The position numbers were made by a program, and so were the translations under genes. The notes under the pieces are model-generated. The model saw only the letters and a list, made by a program, of their open reading frames with translations, had not been told where the DNA came from and ran no database searches. Positions 9,571-18,297 of a DNA stretch of 64,000 bases are shown piece by piece. Source of the stretch: Candidatus Daviesbacteria bacterium GW2011_GWA1_41_61 (GTDB taxonomy: Bacteria > Patescibacteriota > Microgenomatia > Daviesbacterales > UBA10151); the NCBI GenBank assembly GCA_000997385.1, contig LCBT01000001.1, positions 307,663 through 371,662 on the forward strand, given 5' to 3'. Each line of letters begins with the position of its first letter. Position 1 is the stretch's first letter.

Positions 9571-10242
9571 ATGGCTAAGACTATACTGGTAGTCGAAGAT
9601 GATGCTGCTTTGCAAAAATACCTTAAAGAACTTCTGATGAGTGAAGATTTTGCGGTTCAAACAGCTTCGGATGGGGTGCAGGCATTAAATACTATCCAAA
9701 AACTTCCTCCTGATTTAGTAATTTTAGATTTGGGGCTGCCCAATATGAGTGGCGAATCAGTTTGCATGGAGATCCGCAAAAAATATCCAAATCTGCGGGT
9801 AATTATTCTTACGGCCAAAGATGGGGTAACGGATATCATTCATGGTTTAGATCTGGGAGCTGACGATTATATCACCAAGCCCTTCTTGGCAGATGAGTTG
9901 CTAGCCCGTATCAAAGCCAGACTGCGTTACCAAAACGGCAATGAAAACACCCTTAAAGTAGATAATTTAGAGCTTGATAACAAAACCTTCGAAGTGAAAA
10001 GACAAGGCAAGCAAATTCAGCTTACTCCCCAAGAGTTTAAACTACTCCAGTACCTAATGAGCAACAAGGGGAGAATTTTGACCCGGGAGATGATTTTAAA
10101 CCGGGTTTGGCTTTTTAATCCGGATATTGAAACTCGGGTCGTTGATGTCTATATGGGATACCTTCGCAAAAAAATCGATACGGGATATGACAAAAAACTC
10201 CTTCATTCCGTTAGAGGCTTCGGCTACATGATTAAAGACTAG
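9571..10242 (+). CDS. OmpR/PhoB-family response regulator
   Basis: ILVVEDD, ILDLGLP, GADDYITKPF, winged-helix VRGFGY. Confidence 0.95.
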   Translation: MAKTILVVEDDAALQKYLKELLMSEDFAVQTASDGVQALNTIQKLPPDLVILDLGLPNMSGESVCMEIRKKYPNLRVIILTAKDGVTDIIHGLDLGADDYITKPFLADELLARIKARLRYQNGNENTLKVDNLELDNKTFEVKRQGKQIQLTPQEFKLLQYLMSNKGRILTREMILNRVWLFNPDIETRVVDVYMGYLRKKIDTGYDKKLLHSVRGFGYMIKD

Positions 10243-11411
10243 CCGCCCTCCGGCAGTCTGACTATTGGTAACCTTATCTCTACCAAAGTACCCCGGTTGA
10301 CTTTAGAATGCAAATGGATCGAGCCGTGGTGTTCTTCAATAATACTTTTGGAAAGATACAAGCCCAACCCCATTCCCTTTTGGGAAGACTGGCTTCCCTT
10401 ATAAAACCCGTCAAAAACCCGTGGTAAATCTTTTTTAGCAATCCCTTCACCTTTATCTTGGACCTGAAGAATAAGGCAAGGTACCTTCACCTTTAAAATA
10501 ATAGAGACCAAAGTATTAGGCGATGAAAATTTAGCTGCGTTATCTAAGACGTTGGTTACCACTTGTAATAATTTACCAAAATCCCCCACTACCAAAACCC
10601 GCTTTTTCCCACTTTCATCCTTAAATATGACCTTCCAACCGGGGTGACTAAAATTAAAATTCTTTATAGACCGGTCAATCACTTTCCTTACGTCGCATTC
10701 CTTCCAATCATATTGGAGTTGTCCGGCCCTGATACGGCTTGTTTCCAACAGTTTGTTAACTAAGGAGGTAAGCCTCAGAGTTTCCACATACAGGTCCCTT
10801 ACCCACCTGGCCTGAGGGGTATTTTCTTCTTTCATCTTATTATTAAGCAGTTGCATATAACCGTGAATGGTTGTGATAGGAGTCCTAAGCTCATGAGCGG
10901 CCATAGAGATAAATAAATCCCGTACCTCTAAAGCTTTTTTTGTTTCAGAATATAGCTGGGTTTTTTTGATTACTAAACTAACTAGTAAACCGAAGAGTTT
11001 CAAATCATTCTGCTGTTTAGCCGTAAGCTTTTCATCTCTAGGAGAATGAATAATTAAAACTCCCATTGTACCCTTGGGGTAGGAAAGAGGTATCAAAACA
11101 TGGGATTTGATATCTTCTCTGCCTAAATTTCCCAGTATCATTTGCGGTCCCAGGGCTGGTTTAGTAGAAATTTGTCCATCTCGAAATACTTTGGAAAGGG
11201 AATTATGTTTATTGATCCTTAGTCCAGAAGGCAAGGGGAGAGAGCTGTACGTAACTTTAAACTCTCCTTCTTGTTGTAATATTAAAGAAGCATGTTTAGC
11301 CTTTAATAAAGTCACTCCTTCTTTGACTATAGTAACATACACTTCTTCTGAAGATAAAGGCTGCAAGAATTTTAAAACCGATTTGTAGATTTTATTTAAT
11401 GTACTATTCAT
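10239..11411 (-). CDS. Cytoplasmic GAF-domain sensor histidine kinase
   Basis: AHELRTP H-box, NVLDNAAKF, DKGEGI, GMGLGLY. Confidence 0.92.
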   Translation of the reverse strand: MNSTLNKIYKSVLKFLQPLSSEEVYVTIVKEGVTLLKAKHASLILQQEGEFKVTYSSLPLPSGLRINKHNSLSKVFRDGQISTKPALGPQMILGNLGREDIKSHVLIPLSYPKGTMGVLIIHSPRDEKLTAKQQNDLKLFGLLVSLVIKKTQLYSETKKALEVRDLFISMAAHELRTPITTIHGYMQLLNNKMKEENTPQARWVRDLYVETLRLTSLVNKLLETSRIRAGQLQYDWKECDVRKVIDRSIKNFNFSHPGWKVIFKDESGKKRVLVVGDFGKLLQVVTNVLDNAAKFSSPNTLVSIILKVKVPCLILQVQDKGEGIAKKDLPRVFDGFYKGSQSSQKGMGLGLYLSKSIIEEHHGSIHLHSKVNRGTLVEIRLPIVRLPEGG

Positions 11412-11413
11412 CA

Positions 11414-12697
11414 CTACTGGCTGCCGTTACCGTTGGCTATTTCCATCCTTTGAATATTTGCCCCCAAACCCACTAACTTTCCTACCACATCCTCGTACCC
11501 CCTCTCAATCAACTCAGCCCGGTTAATAATGCTCTTCCCTTCAGCTACCAAAGCCGCCAAAACTAAAGCCATCCCCGCCCTAATGTCAGGTGTTTCTAAA
11601 TTCCTTCCAAAAAGTCTCGTTGGTCCGGAGATTAAAACCCGGTGCGGGTCAGCAATGGTGATATTGGCTCCCATACTGATAAGTTTATCTACAAAAAACA
11701 TCCTTGACTCATAAACCCAATCATGAAGAAGTGAGATCCCCCTTGCTTGAGTGGCCAACACTATCATTACACTCATTAGATCCGTGGGAAAACCCGGCCA
11801 AACATTAGTAATAAGTTTGGAGATGGCAGCAATCTTTTTAGCGGAAACCTTTATTACTCGCTCGCCACGAGTAATCGATACACCCATCTTTGATAAAGGC
11901 CAAATGACGGGCTCAAGATCTAAATTATGACAATTTTCTATCTCTATCTCCCCGCCTGTAATCGCTGCAGCAATAGCATAAGTCCCAAATTCTATATTAT
12001 CTGAACCAATAGTAAATTCTGTACCTCTTAATTTTTCTACGCCGTCAATAGTTAAAGTGGAGGTCCCTATACCTTCAATAGAAGCCCCCATAGAAATTAA
12101 CATTAAGCAAAGGTCGATTACATGAGGCTCACAAGCAGCGTTGCGGATAACTGTTCTCCCTTTTCTTATTACCGAGGCTAAAATTAAATTCTCTGTTCCT
12201 GTGACAGTAGCTATCTCTAAAAAGATTCTGGCATCCGACATGACATTTGTACCCTTTAATACTTTATAGTTGTGATCATTAACCGAGACCTTACAACCAA
12301 GTTGTCTAAATCCTTCTAAATGGAGGTTTATATCCCGTTTACCGATAACATCTCCTCCCGGATGAAAAAACTCTATTTTCCCTGTTCTTGCCAGCAGCGG
12401 CCCAACCAATAATATGGAAGCCCTAAGTTTACTAGCTAACTGTTGAGTTAAGACAGAATTTTTTATCTTACTGCATTTCACTTTCACTTCTTGATCGCGG
12501 GTTTCTACTTTTGCTCCAAATTGCATTAGTATTTCCGTAAGGACCCGGACATCAGAAATCATCGGCACATTTTTTAAAACTACTTCCTCCCCTGTAAGTA
12601 ATGATGCAGCCAGACAAGGTAAAATGGCATTTTTATTTCCCGAGATTTTAACTCGGCCTTCTAAAATCTTTCTTCCTTCAATGATATATCTAGTCAT
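11414..12697 (-). CDS. murA: UDP-N-acetylglucosamine 1-carboxyvinyltransferase (Cys-to-Asp variant)
   Basis: SGNKNA, LRASILL, PGGDVIGKR, PGFPTD, DIRAG, ERGYE. Confidence 0.96.
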   Translation of the reverse strand: MTRYIIEGRKILEGRVKISGNKNAILPCLAASLLTGEEVVLKNVPMISDVRVLTEILMQFGAKVETRDQEVKVKCSKIKNSVLTQQLASKLRASILLVGPLLARTGKIEFFHPGGDVIGKRDINLHLEGFRQLGCKVSVNDHNYKVLKGTNVMSDARIFLEIATVTGTENLILASVIRKGRTVIRNAACEPHVIDLCLMLISMGASIEGIGTSTLTIDGVEKLRGTEFTIGSDNIEFGTYAIAAAITGGEIEIENCHNLDLEPVIWPLSKMGVSITRGERVIKVSAKKIAAISKLITNVWPGFPTDLMSVMIVLATQARGISLLHDWVYESRMFFVDKLISMGANITIADPHRVLISGPTRLFGRNLETPDIRAGMALVLAALVAEGKSIINRAELIERGYEDVVGKLVGLGANIQRMEIANGNGSQ

Positions 12698-12802
12698 ATT
12701 TTTAGTAACAAGCCAGTATAATTACTACGTAATTATACTCCATTAAGAAAAATCCAAAAATATGGCTTAAAGAAGGCTAAATTAGGTTTATCTCAAGATA
12801 TT

Positions 12803-13003
12803 TTAAGTTGTTCTTAAAGCGCTCTCATCTTCAAATTCTACGGGAACTACCAAACGGGGCTCTGCTACTCCCTCCACCAAATAAAGAGTGCTCATATAAA
12901 AAAACAGTATTCCTAAAAATATCAGCAACAGCAAGCCAATAATAAATCTGGCTTCCCTAGACCCTATTTTGGTCTGAGACAGGTAACTAAAAAGGGAATT
13001 CAT
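12803..13003 (-). CDS. Small single-TM hypothetical protein
   Basis: 66-aa ORF with one hydrophobic segment, filling an intergenic gap. Confidence 0.55.
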   Translation of the reverse strand: MNSLFSYLSQTKIGSREARFIIGLLLLIFLGILFFYMSTLYLVEGVAEPRLVVPVEFEDESALRTT

Positions 13004-13102
13004 TATAGCTATCTTAAGGATATAAAGAAATAAATCAGTGCAGAAAGGGTAAGAATTTTGTCAGAACAAAATTATTGTGATAATGTGATTATCTAAAGAA
13101 TT

Positions 13103-14425
13103 CTATAAGAGCCTTGGATATTTGGAAACTAGGGATTTTATTCTGGCTAAAGTTTCCTCTTCTCCCAAGATTTGGATGCTTTCAAAAAGGGGAGGGGTGA
13201 CCAGTTGGCCGGAGACGGCAACTCTAATCAGTTGAAAGATACTGCCGGCAGGAACACCTAATTCTTCAGCTAAATTTCTAAAAGTTTTTTCAAACTCTTC
13301 ACTTTTCCAAGGTTTTTTTAACTCCTCCAGTTTATAAACCACCTTATCCAAAACATCTTTTATATCTAAATTATCCAGTTTAATCTTTTTAAAAACCTCC
13401 AGATCATATTCCGGCTTCTCCCACAAAAAATCTGTTAAAGGTATAAAATCGGATAACTTTTTAATCCTTTCCTTTATCAAAGGCACCACTTTTTCAATCT
13501 CCTCTTCTGTAGGGTGATCCTGGGGAGTTAAAGTACCTTCTGATAACTCTCTTAAATACTGATAAATTTGAGTTTTGAGTTTTGAGTTTTGAGTTTTTCT
13601 AATATATTCTCCATTCATCCACTCCAGCTTGGTAATATCAAAAACCCCCGGTGCTACATGGACATCTTTGATATCAAACTCTTTGGCCATCTCATCCAGT
13701 GTCAAAAATTCCTTTTCCGAAGGAGGAGTCCAACCTAAAAAAGCCATATAGTTAAGGATTGCTTCCGGTAAAAAACCATCTTTGCGAAATTCAGAGACCG
13801 ATCTGGCCCCATGTCTTTTAGAGAGTTTGGATCGATCTGTACCTAAAATAAGAGGGAGATGCGCATACTGCGGGACATCCCAACCAAAAGCCTGGAATGT
13901 CAGGATGTGTTTGGGGGTGGAAGGAAGCCATTCCTCAGCTCTAATTACAGGATTTGTTTCCATTATATGATCATCAACCACATGGGCTAGATGATATGTA
14001 GGAAAACCGTCAGATTTTAGTAGAACAAAATCTTTCTGACTGTTGAAATCAAAAACTACCTTTCGACTTCCAATTAAATCATTAAACTCAACCTTACCGT
14101 CTTTAGGTATTTTAAACCAAATCGCTCCTTCTTGTTCATAAGCCATACCTTTATCAACTAACTCTCTGGCATACTTTTGATAAAGTTCTTTTCTCTCTGA
14201 CTGGATAACCAGCCCTTCAAAATCTAAACCCAACCACTTTAAACTATCAATAATATCTTCTGTTGCCCCCTCTACGAACCGGTTACGATCAGTGTCTTCA
14301 ATTCTTAAAGAAAAGATTCCACTATTTTTCCTAGCTACCAGATATGCATAAAGTGCAGTTCTTACACCGCCAATATGCATCATCCCTGTAGGTGAAGGGG
14401 CAAATCTTGTTTTTACCTTATCCAT
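13103..14425 (-). CDS. gltX: Glutamate--tRNA ligase
   Basis: TRFAPSPTG, HIGG, LRIEDTD, KLSKRHG; start set at MDKVKTR (14425). Confidence 0.97.
   Translation of the reverse strand: MDKVKTRFAPSPTGMMHIGGVRTALYAYLVARKNSGIFSLRIEDTDRNRFVEGATEDIIDSLKWLGLDFEGLVIQSERKELYQKYARELVDKGMAYEQEGAIWFKIPKDGKVEFNDLIGSRKVVFDFNSQKDFVLLKSDGFPTYHLAHVVDDHIMETNPVIRAEEWLPSTPKHILTFQAFGWDVPQYAHLPLILGTDRSKLSKRHGARSVSEFRKDGFLPEAILNYMAFLGWTPPSEKEFLTLDEMAKEFDIKDVHVAPGVFDITKLEWMNGEYIRKTQNSKLKTQIYQYLRELSEGTLTPQDHPTEEEIEKVVPLIKERIKKLSDFIPLTDFLWEKPEYDLEVFKKIKLDNLDIKDVLDKVVYKLEELKKPWKSEEFEKTFRNLAEELGVPAGSIFQLIRVAVSGQLVTPPLFESIQILGEEETLARIKSLVSKYPRLL
13567..13594. repeat. Heptamer tandem repeat (TTTGAGT)x4 inside gltX
   Basis: Four perfect copies encoding KTQNSKLKTQ. 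Confidence 0.85.
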
Positions 14426-14472
14426 ATGAAAGATATTATACAGCCTATTCTTATTTCTGTATAATAAAAGTA

Positions 14473-15495
14473 ATGACACTATCTCAGACTACTGCTGTAA
14501 CCAGAAAAGGAATAGTCTTTTTTGGCATCTTCCTGCTTTTGGTGACTTTGAGCTTAATTGGTTATAACCTCTATAAACAATACGAACTGGCTCACCGCAA
14601 ACCAATAGAGGAAAAACCGGAGATGAGATTTGGTACCCTGCCCAAGATTAAATTTCCAGCCCAAACTGTCTCCTCTTCTAACTTTACCTATTCTTTGGAT
14701 ACCACCACCGGAGAACTCCCTCAAGTGCCCAAACTTTTAAAAGTTTATTTTATCCCTCAAACCGGGATCTCTTTGATGGATGCCGATTATGCCAAACAAT
14801 TAGCTGAAAAGCTAGGTTTCCCTCAGGGTCCGCAAATTCTGGCTACCACTGAGTATAAGTTTACCAATGATCAAGATGCCAGCCTGATTATTAATATCAC
14901 CACAGGCAACTTCCACTTCCAAAGACAGGTTATCCCCACCAAGGATGACCCTCCCCAAGGTTCATTCCCGGAGAAAGAGAGATTAATTGGCGATTTTAAA
15001 CAGTTCTTATCATCTAAAGACGTTCTGCCTCCGGAGTTACAAAATGGCACAGGAAATGTCACTTATTCAGGTTCAGGTGATGAAGAAACAGCCCATCTTT
15101 CCCTTTGGCCAGCGGATATTGATAAAATGACGGTCATCACACCTCAGTTCACTCAGGGATTAGTCCGGGCCACTGTTACTAAACATACCCTGGAAGCCAA
15201 TAAATATATTGATATTAATTTTATCTTCTGGCCGGTTGATAAAGCCTCATCCTCCACCTATCTTCTTAAACTCCCTGCCCAGGCTTTTTCTGAGTTAAAG
15301 ATCGGGCAGGGATTTGTAGCTTTAGAACCTGACCAGCCCCAAGTTTCCATCTCTTCGGTTTATCTGGCTTATTATCAGTCGGAAAGCTACAGTCCCTACC
15401 TTCAGCCGGTCTATGTTTTTGATGGCCCGCAGTTTATCGCTTTAGTCCCAGCCATAGGCGCTTCCCTAACACCAACTGATGCTACTCCCAAATAA
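14473..15495 (+). CDS. Membrane-anchored extracytoplasmic hypothetical protein
   Basis: N-terminal TM; C-terminal VYLAYY...YLQPVYVF; TATAAT directly upstream of ATG 14473. Confidence 0.8.
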   Translation: MTLSQTTAVTRKGIVFFGIFLLLVTLSLIGYNLYKQYELAHRKPIEEKPEMRFGTLPKIKFPAQTVSSSNFTYSLDTTTGELPQVPKLLKVYFIPQTGISLMDADYAKQLAEKLGFPQGPQILATTEYKFTNDQDASLIINITTGNFHFQRQVIPTKDDPPQGSFPEKERLIGDFKQFLSSKDVLPPELQNGTGNVTYSGSGDEETAHLSLWPADIDKMTVITPQFTQGLVRATVTKHTLEANKYIDINFIFWPVDKASSSTYLLKLPAQAFSELKIGQGFVALEPDQPQVSISSVYLAYYQSESYSPYLQPVYVFDGPQFIALVPAIGASLTPTDATPK

Positions 15496-16411
15496 AGTTA
15501 TCAAAAGTCCAGTTAATCAAAGATTGAGTTTCACCAAAACGGTCATCGCTTCCTAGAACCACAATAAGTATCCTGTGTCCATCTCTTGCTAAAAGAGTTA
15601 CTAGATTCTCCTTAGCTGCAGGAGTAGTGCCGGTTTTAACCCCTAAAACCCCGGGTAAATCCAACAAACGGTTAAGATTTTTTAAAAAATGGACCTGGCT
15701 GTTATCCGATGAGGCAACAGTGGCTTCTTTAGTAGCAAAAATACGGGCTAAAGTTGGATTTTCGGAGGCGATGGCAGATATTTTAGCCAAGTCAAAAGCT
15801 GAGGAAAAATGGCTGGGGCTGTCAAACCCGGCTGGATTATCAAAAAAAGTATTGATAAGTCCCAGCTTCAAAGATTGTTGATTCATCTCTTGGACAAAGG
15901 TAGAGACTCCTCCGGGATAATTTTTAGCCAGAGTGTAGGCTGCATCGTTTCCAGAGTTTAAAAGCAGTCCATAAAGCAAACTGCGGAAGGTCAACTTCTC
16001 CCCTTCCTCCAAACCCATATTAGAACCCTCCACTAAAGCTGACTTAGGAACGGTTAAGCTATCATCTGCCTGGTAATAATTGGCTGCCACCAGCGCGGTC
16101 ATAATTTTGGTGGTTGAGGCAATAGGCACTCTTTTGTTGGGATCTTTGACAAAAAGCAAAAAATCCGCATCCAGGTCCTTAACTAAAGCTGCAGTAGCTG
16201 AAATTACCGGAGCTTCCAGCCCCAAACTTTGCGGAGTAAGATTGACTCTTTTGGTTCCAGCTACCTGGGGTCGATCATTTTGAGCGTAAACAGTGTTATT
16301 AGGCAGCCCCTTAGCCACTATTTGAGTCTGAGCCACGTCCAAAGCTTGGGGTAAACCCAAAAGGACAGTTATCGAGACCAGTAGAATTGCTAAAGCATAA
16401 ACTATGGGCAT
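15482..16411 (-). CDS. D-alanyl-D-alanine carboxypeptidase (peptidase S11)
   Basis: STTK (SxxK), SGN, KTG motifs; signal/TM segment. Confidence 0.93.
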   Translation of the reverse strand: MPIVYALAILLVSITVLLGLPQALDVAQTQIVAKGLPNNTVYAQNDRPQVAGTKRVNLTPQSLGLEAPVISATAALVKDLDADFLLFVKDPNKRVPIASTTKIMTALVAANYYQADDSLTVPKSALVEGSNMGLEEGEKLTFRSLLYGLLLNSGNDAAYTLAKNYPGGVSTFVQEMNQQSLKLGLINTFFDNPAGFDSPSHFSSAFDLAKISAIASENPTLARIFATKEATVASSDNSQVHFLKNLNRLLDLPGVLGVKTGTTPAAKENLVTLLARDGHRILIVVLGSDDRFGETQSLINWTFDNFIWE

Positions 16412-16421
16412 TTATCTACAT

Positions 16422-17747
16422 TTATTTAATGGTTGAAAGTCTCACATCAACTCTTTCCATATCCCTGGGAAAAAGCGATGCTTCTCTAATATTTGCTAAA
16501 CCAAGGATGTGCATCACAATGCGCTCAGAGCCAAAAGAAAAACCTCCCTCTGGGGGCAAACCGTATTTAAAAGCCTGAAGATATAGCTCACTCTTTTTTA
16601 AATCTACACCTTTCTCTTTAGCTTTTTCCACCAAAACATCATAGTTATTAATTCTTTGACCGCCTGTCAGCCATTCCGTCCCTCGGCCAATTAAATCAAA
16701 ACTTAAGGTGTATCCTGGGTCATCTGGATCTTCATAAGTATAGAAAGGTCTCTTTGACACGGGATAATGAGTCACAAAAACAAGCTCTGAACCATGCTCT
16801 TCAAGTGCCCAACGACTGATTTCCCGCTCATCTTCCGGCTCTAAATCTGGTTCTTCTCTATTATCACGACCAGTTCGTTTATAAATAATTTCCTGAGCTT
16901 CACGTAACTTTACTCGGGGCAGCTTTTCAGAAATCTGAGGAGCAGATGTCTTAAACATTTTTAATATATCTACACATTCTTTATCTACACGATCAAGAAT
17001 ATACTTAATAACATACTCCACCATATCCATTACATCTTGCCAAGATTCAATAAAACCAAACTCTCCATCTAAAGTAGTTACTTCTGTTAAGTGGCGAGTA
17101 GTTACTGAGGGCTCAGCACGTAAAGTTTTATTTACAGTAAAAACCCTTTCAAACACCCCCACCATAATTTGTTTATAAAATTGTGGGCTTTGAGCAAGAT
17201 AAGCTTTATGATCAAAATATTTCACTTCAAAAACCTCTGCCCCACCTTCAGCGGTTTGGGGAATGATCACCGGGGATTGAAATTCGGTAAAATCTTTCTT
17301 TTTAAGGGCTTCCCGGAAAGCATCAATGACTATTTCTTGCACCTTAAACACCTCTTTGACTTTAGGATGTCTTAAAGTTAAAGCACGGTAATCCAAAAGG
17401 GTTGGCAGCTGTAAATCCAGCTCTTTACCCCCCATGTCAAAGGGAAGCTCTTCGGCTTTAGATAAAACTTCTATCTTTTCTGCCTGAAGTTCAATAGTAC
17501 CTGTTTCTAAATTTGGGTTAATCAGTTTTTCCGGTCTTTGGGCAACTTTCCCTTCAATGCAGACCACATCCTGAGAATGAAGATCCCCAGCCACTTCCCC
17601 TGTAGCTACTACCTGAATTACCGCCGATCTGTCTAAAACATCAAGGAAGACTATCTTTCCATGGTCACGCCTGACCTGCACCCAACCACAGATTTTTACT
17701 TTCTCCCCAACTTTATTATTACAGTCTAAAATCAGTGCCCTCTCCAT
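16422..17747 (-). CDS. aspS: Aspartate--tRNA(Asp/Asn) ligase, archaeal-type non-discriminating
   Basis: OB fold RDHGK, AEGGA, LAQSPQFYKQ, RAEPS, GGQRI, PPEGGFSFGSER, FPRD; 441 aa with no GAD insert. Confidence 0.93.
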   Translation of the reverse strand: MERALILDCNNKVGEKVKICGWVQVRRDHGKIVFLDVLDRSAVIQVVATGEVAGDLHSQDVVCIEGKVAQRPEKLINPNLETGTIELQAEKIEVLSKAEELPFDMGGKELDLQLPTLLDYRALTLRHPKVKEVFKVQEIVIDAFREALKKKDFTEFQSPVIIPQTAEGGAEVFEVKYFDHKAYLAQSPQFYKQIMVGVFERVFTVNKTLRAEPSVTTRHLTEVTTLDGEFGFIESWQDVMDMVEYVIKYILDRVDKECVDILKMFKTSAPQISEKLPRVKLREAQEIIYKRTGRDNREEPDLEPEDEREISRWALEEHGSELVFVTHYPVSKRPFYTYEDPDDPGYTLSFDLIGRGTEWLTGGQRINNYDVLVEKAKEKGVDLKKSELYLQAFKYGLPPEGGFSFGSERIVMHILGLANIREASLFPRDMERVDVRLSTIK

Positions 17748-17756
17748 CGTGGTTTG

Positions 17757-17785
17757 ATAATAACAACTCCTACTTACCTTGGCAA
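17757..17785 (-). promoter_or_regulatory. Sigma70-type promoter of aspS
   Basis: TTGCCA-17 bp-TATTAT, ending 9 nt before the ATG. Confidence 0.6.
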
Positions 17786-17804
17786 TACTCTTAACAGAAA
17801 ACTA

Positions 17805-18053
17805 TTAGTAATATGGAGTATTCAGAGTGCTTTCCTGTACTCCGCTAATAAGTACATCTGCAAGTTGATCCACGGCTTTAGGATCTCCTTCAACACCCTT
17901 AAGCAACTCTTCCACTGCCTGCCGATAGTTGAGAACGCAAAGATTTCGAGCCTGGCTGAGCGCTGTCGCTACAGTCACCACTCTTGCATTATCTGGTTCA
18001 CCAACTTGTGGTGTTTCTTCTGACTGTCCTCTTAGATATTCTTGTTTGCACAT
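17805..18053 (-). CDS. Orphan 82-aa protein downstream of the attenuator
   Basis: Strong SD AAAGGAGGTG before ATG 18053 (MCKQEYLRG...NTPYY). Confidence 0.75.
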   Translation of the reverse strand: MCKQEYLRGQSEETPQVGEPDNARVVTVATALSQARNLCVLNYRQAVEELLKGVEGDPKAVDQLADVLISGVQESTLNTPYY

Positions 18054-18089
18054 TTTATTTACACCTCCTTTCAAGTAATTTTTAACCAC

Positions 18090-18113
18090 AAAAAAACCTC
18101 CCTTGCGGGAGGT
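18090..18113 (-). terminator. Attenuator terminator hairpin
   Basis: ACCTCCC-GCAA-GGGAGGT-TTTTTT, between the leader ORF and the orphan gene. Confidence 0.85.
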
Positions 18114-18141
18114 AGGCTTCTTTTATCCTGGAAAACTTTTT

Positions 18142-18222
18142 TTAAGTTCTCAGGACACCAACCAACCTCCCTTTAGGGGGAGTAAACCAAAAGTAAAAAA
18201 AATTTGGTTGGTTGCTTAACAT
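18142..18222 (-). CDS. Attenuator leader peptide MLSNQPNFFYFWFTPPKGRLVGVLRT (26 aa)
   Basis: Six consecutive aromatic codons; overlaps alternative hairpins; has its own promoter upstream. Confidence 0.75.
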   Translation of the reverse strand: MLSNQPNFFYFWFTPPKGRLVGVLRT

Positions 18223-18233
18223 TGACTATTAAT

Positions 18234-18263
18234 AAAATAGCAAATCTTGACAGTATCGTCAAG
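18234..18263 (-). promoter_or_regulatory. Promoter of the leader transcript, with a palindrome over the -35
   Basis: TTGACG-17 bp-TATTTT with extended TG; CTTGAC-N6-GTCAAG at 18246-18263. Confidence 0.6.
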
Positions 18264-18297
18264 TAGAATACAAACTGAGACTGCTTAATGGATAATT

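Noticed and set aside
17754-18023. 89-aa + strand ORF
   Set aside because: Shadow of the minus-strand orphan, which has the strong SD and the attenuator
18090-18230. T-box riboswitch for aspS
   Set aside because: No T-box consensus (TGGNACC) and no specifier stem; aspS has its own promoter; the leader-peptide model fits better
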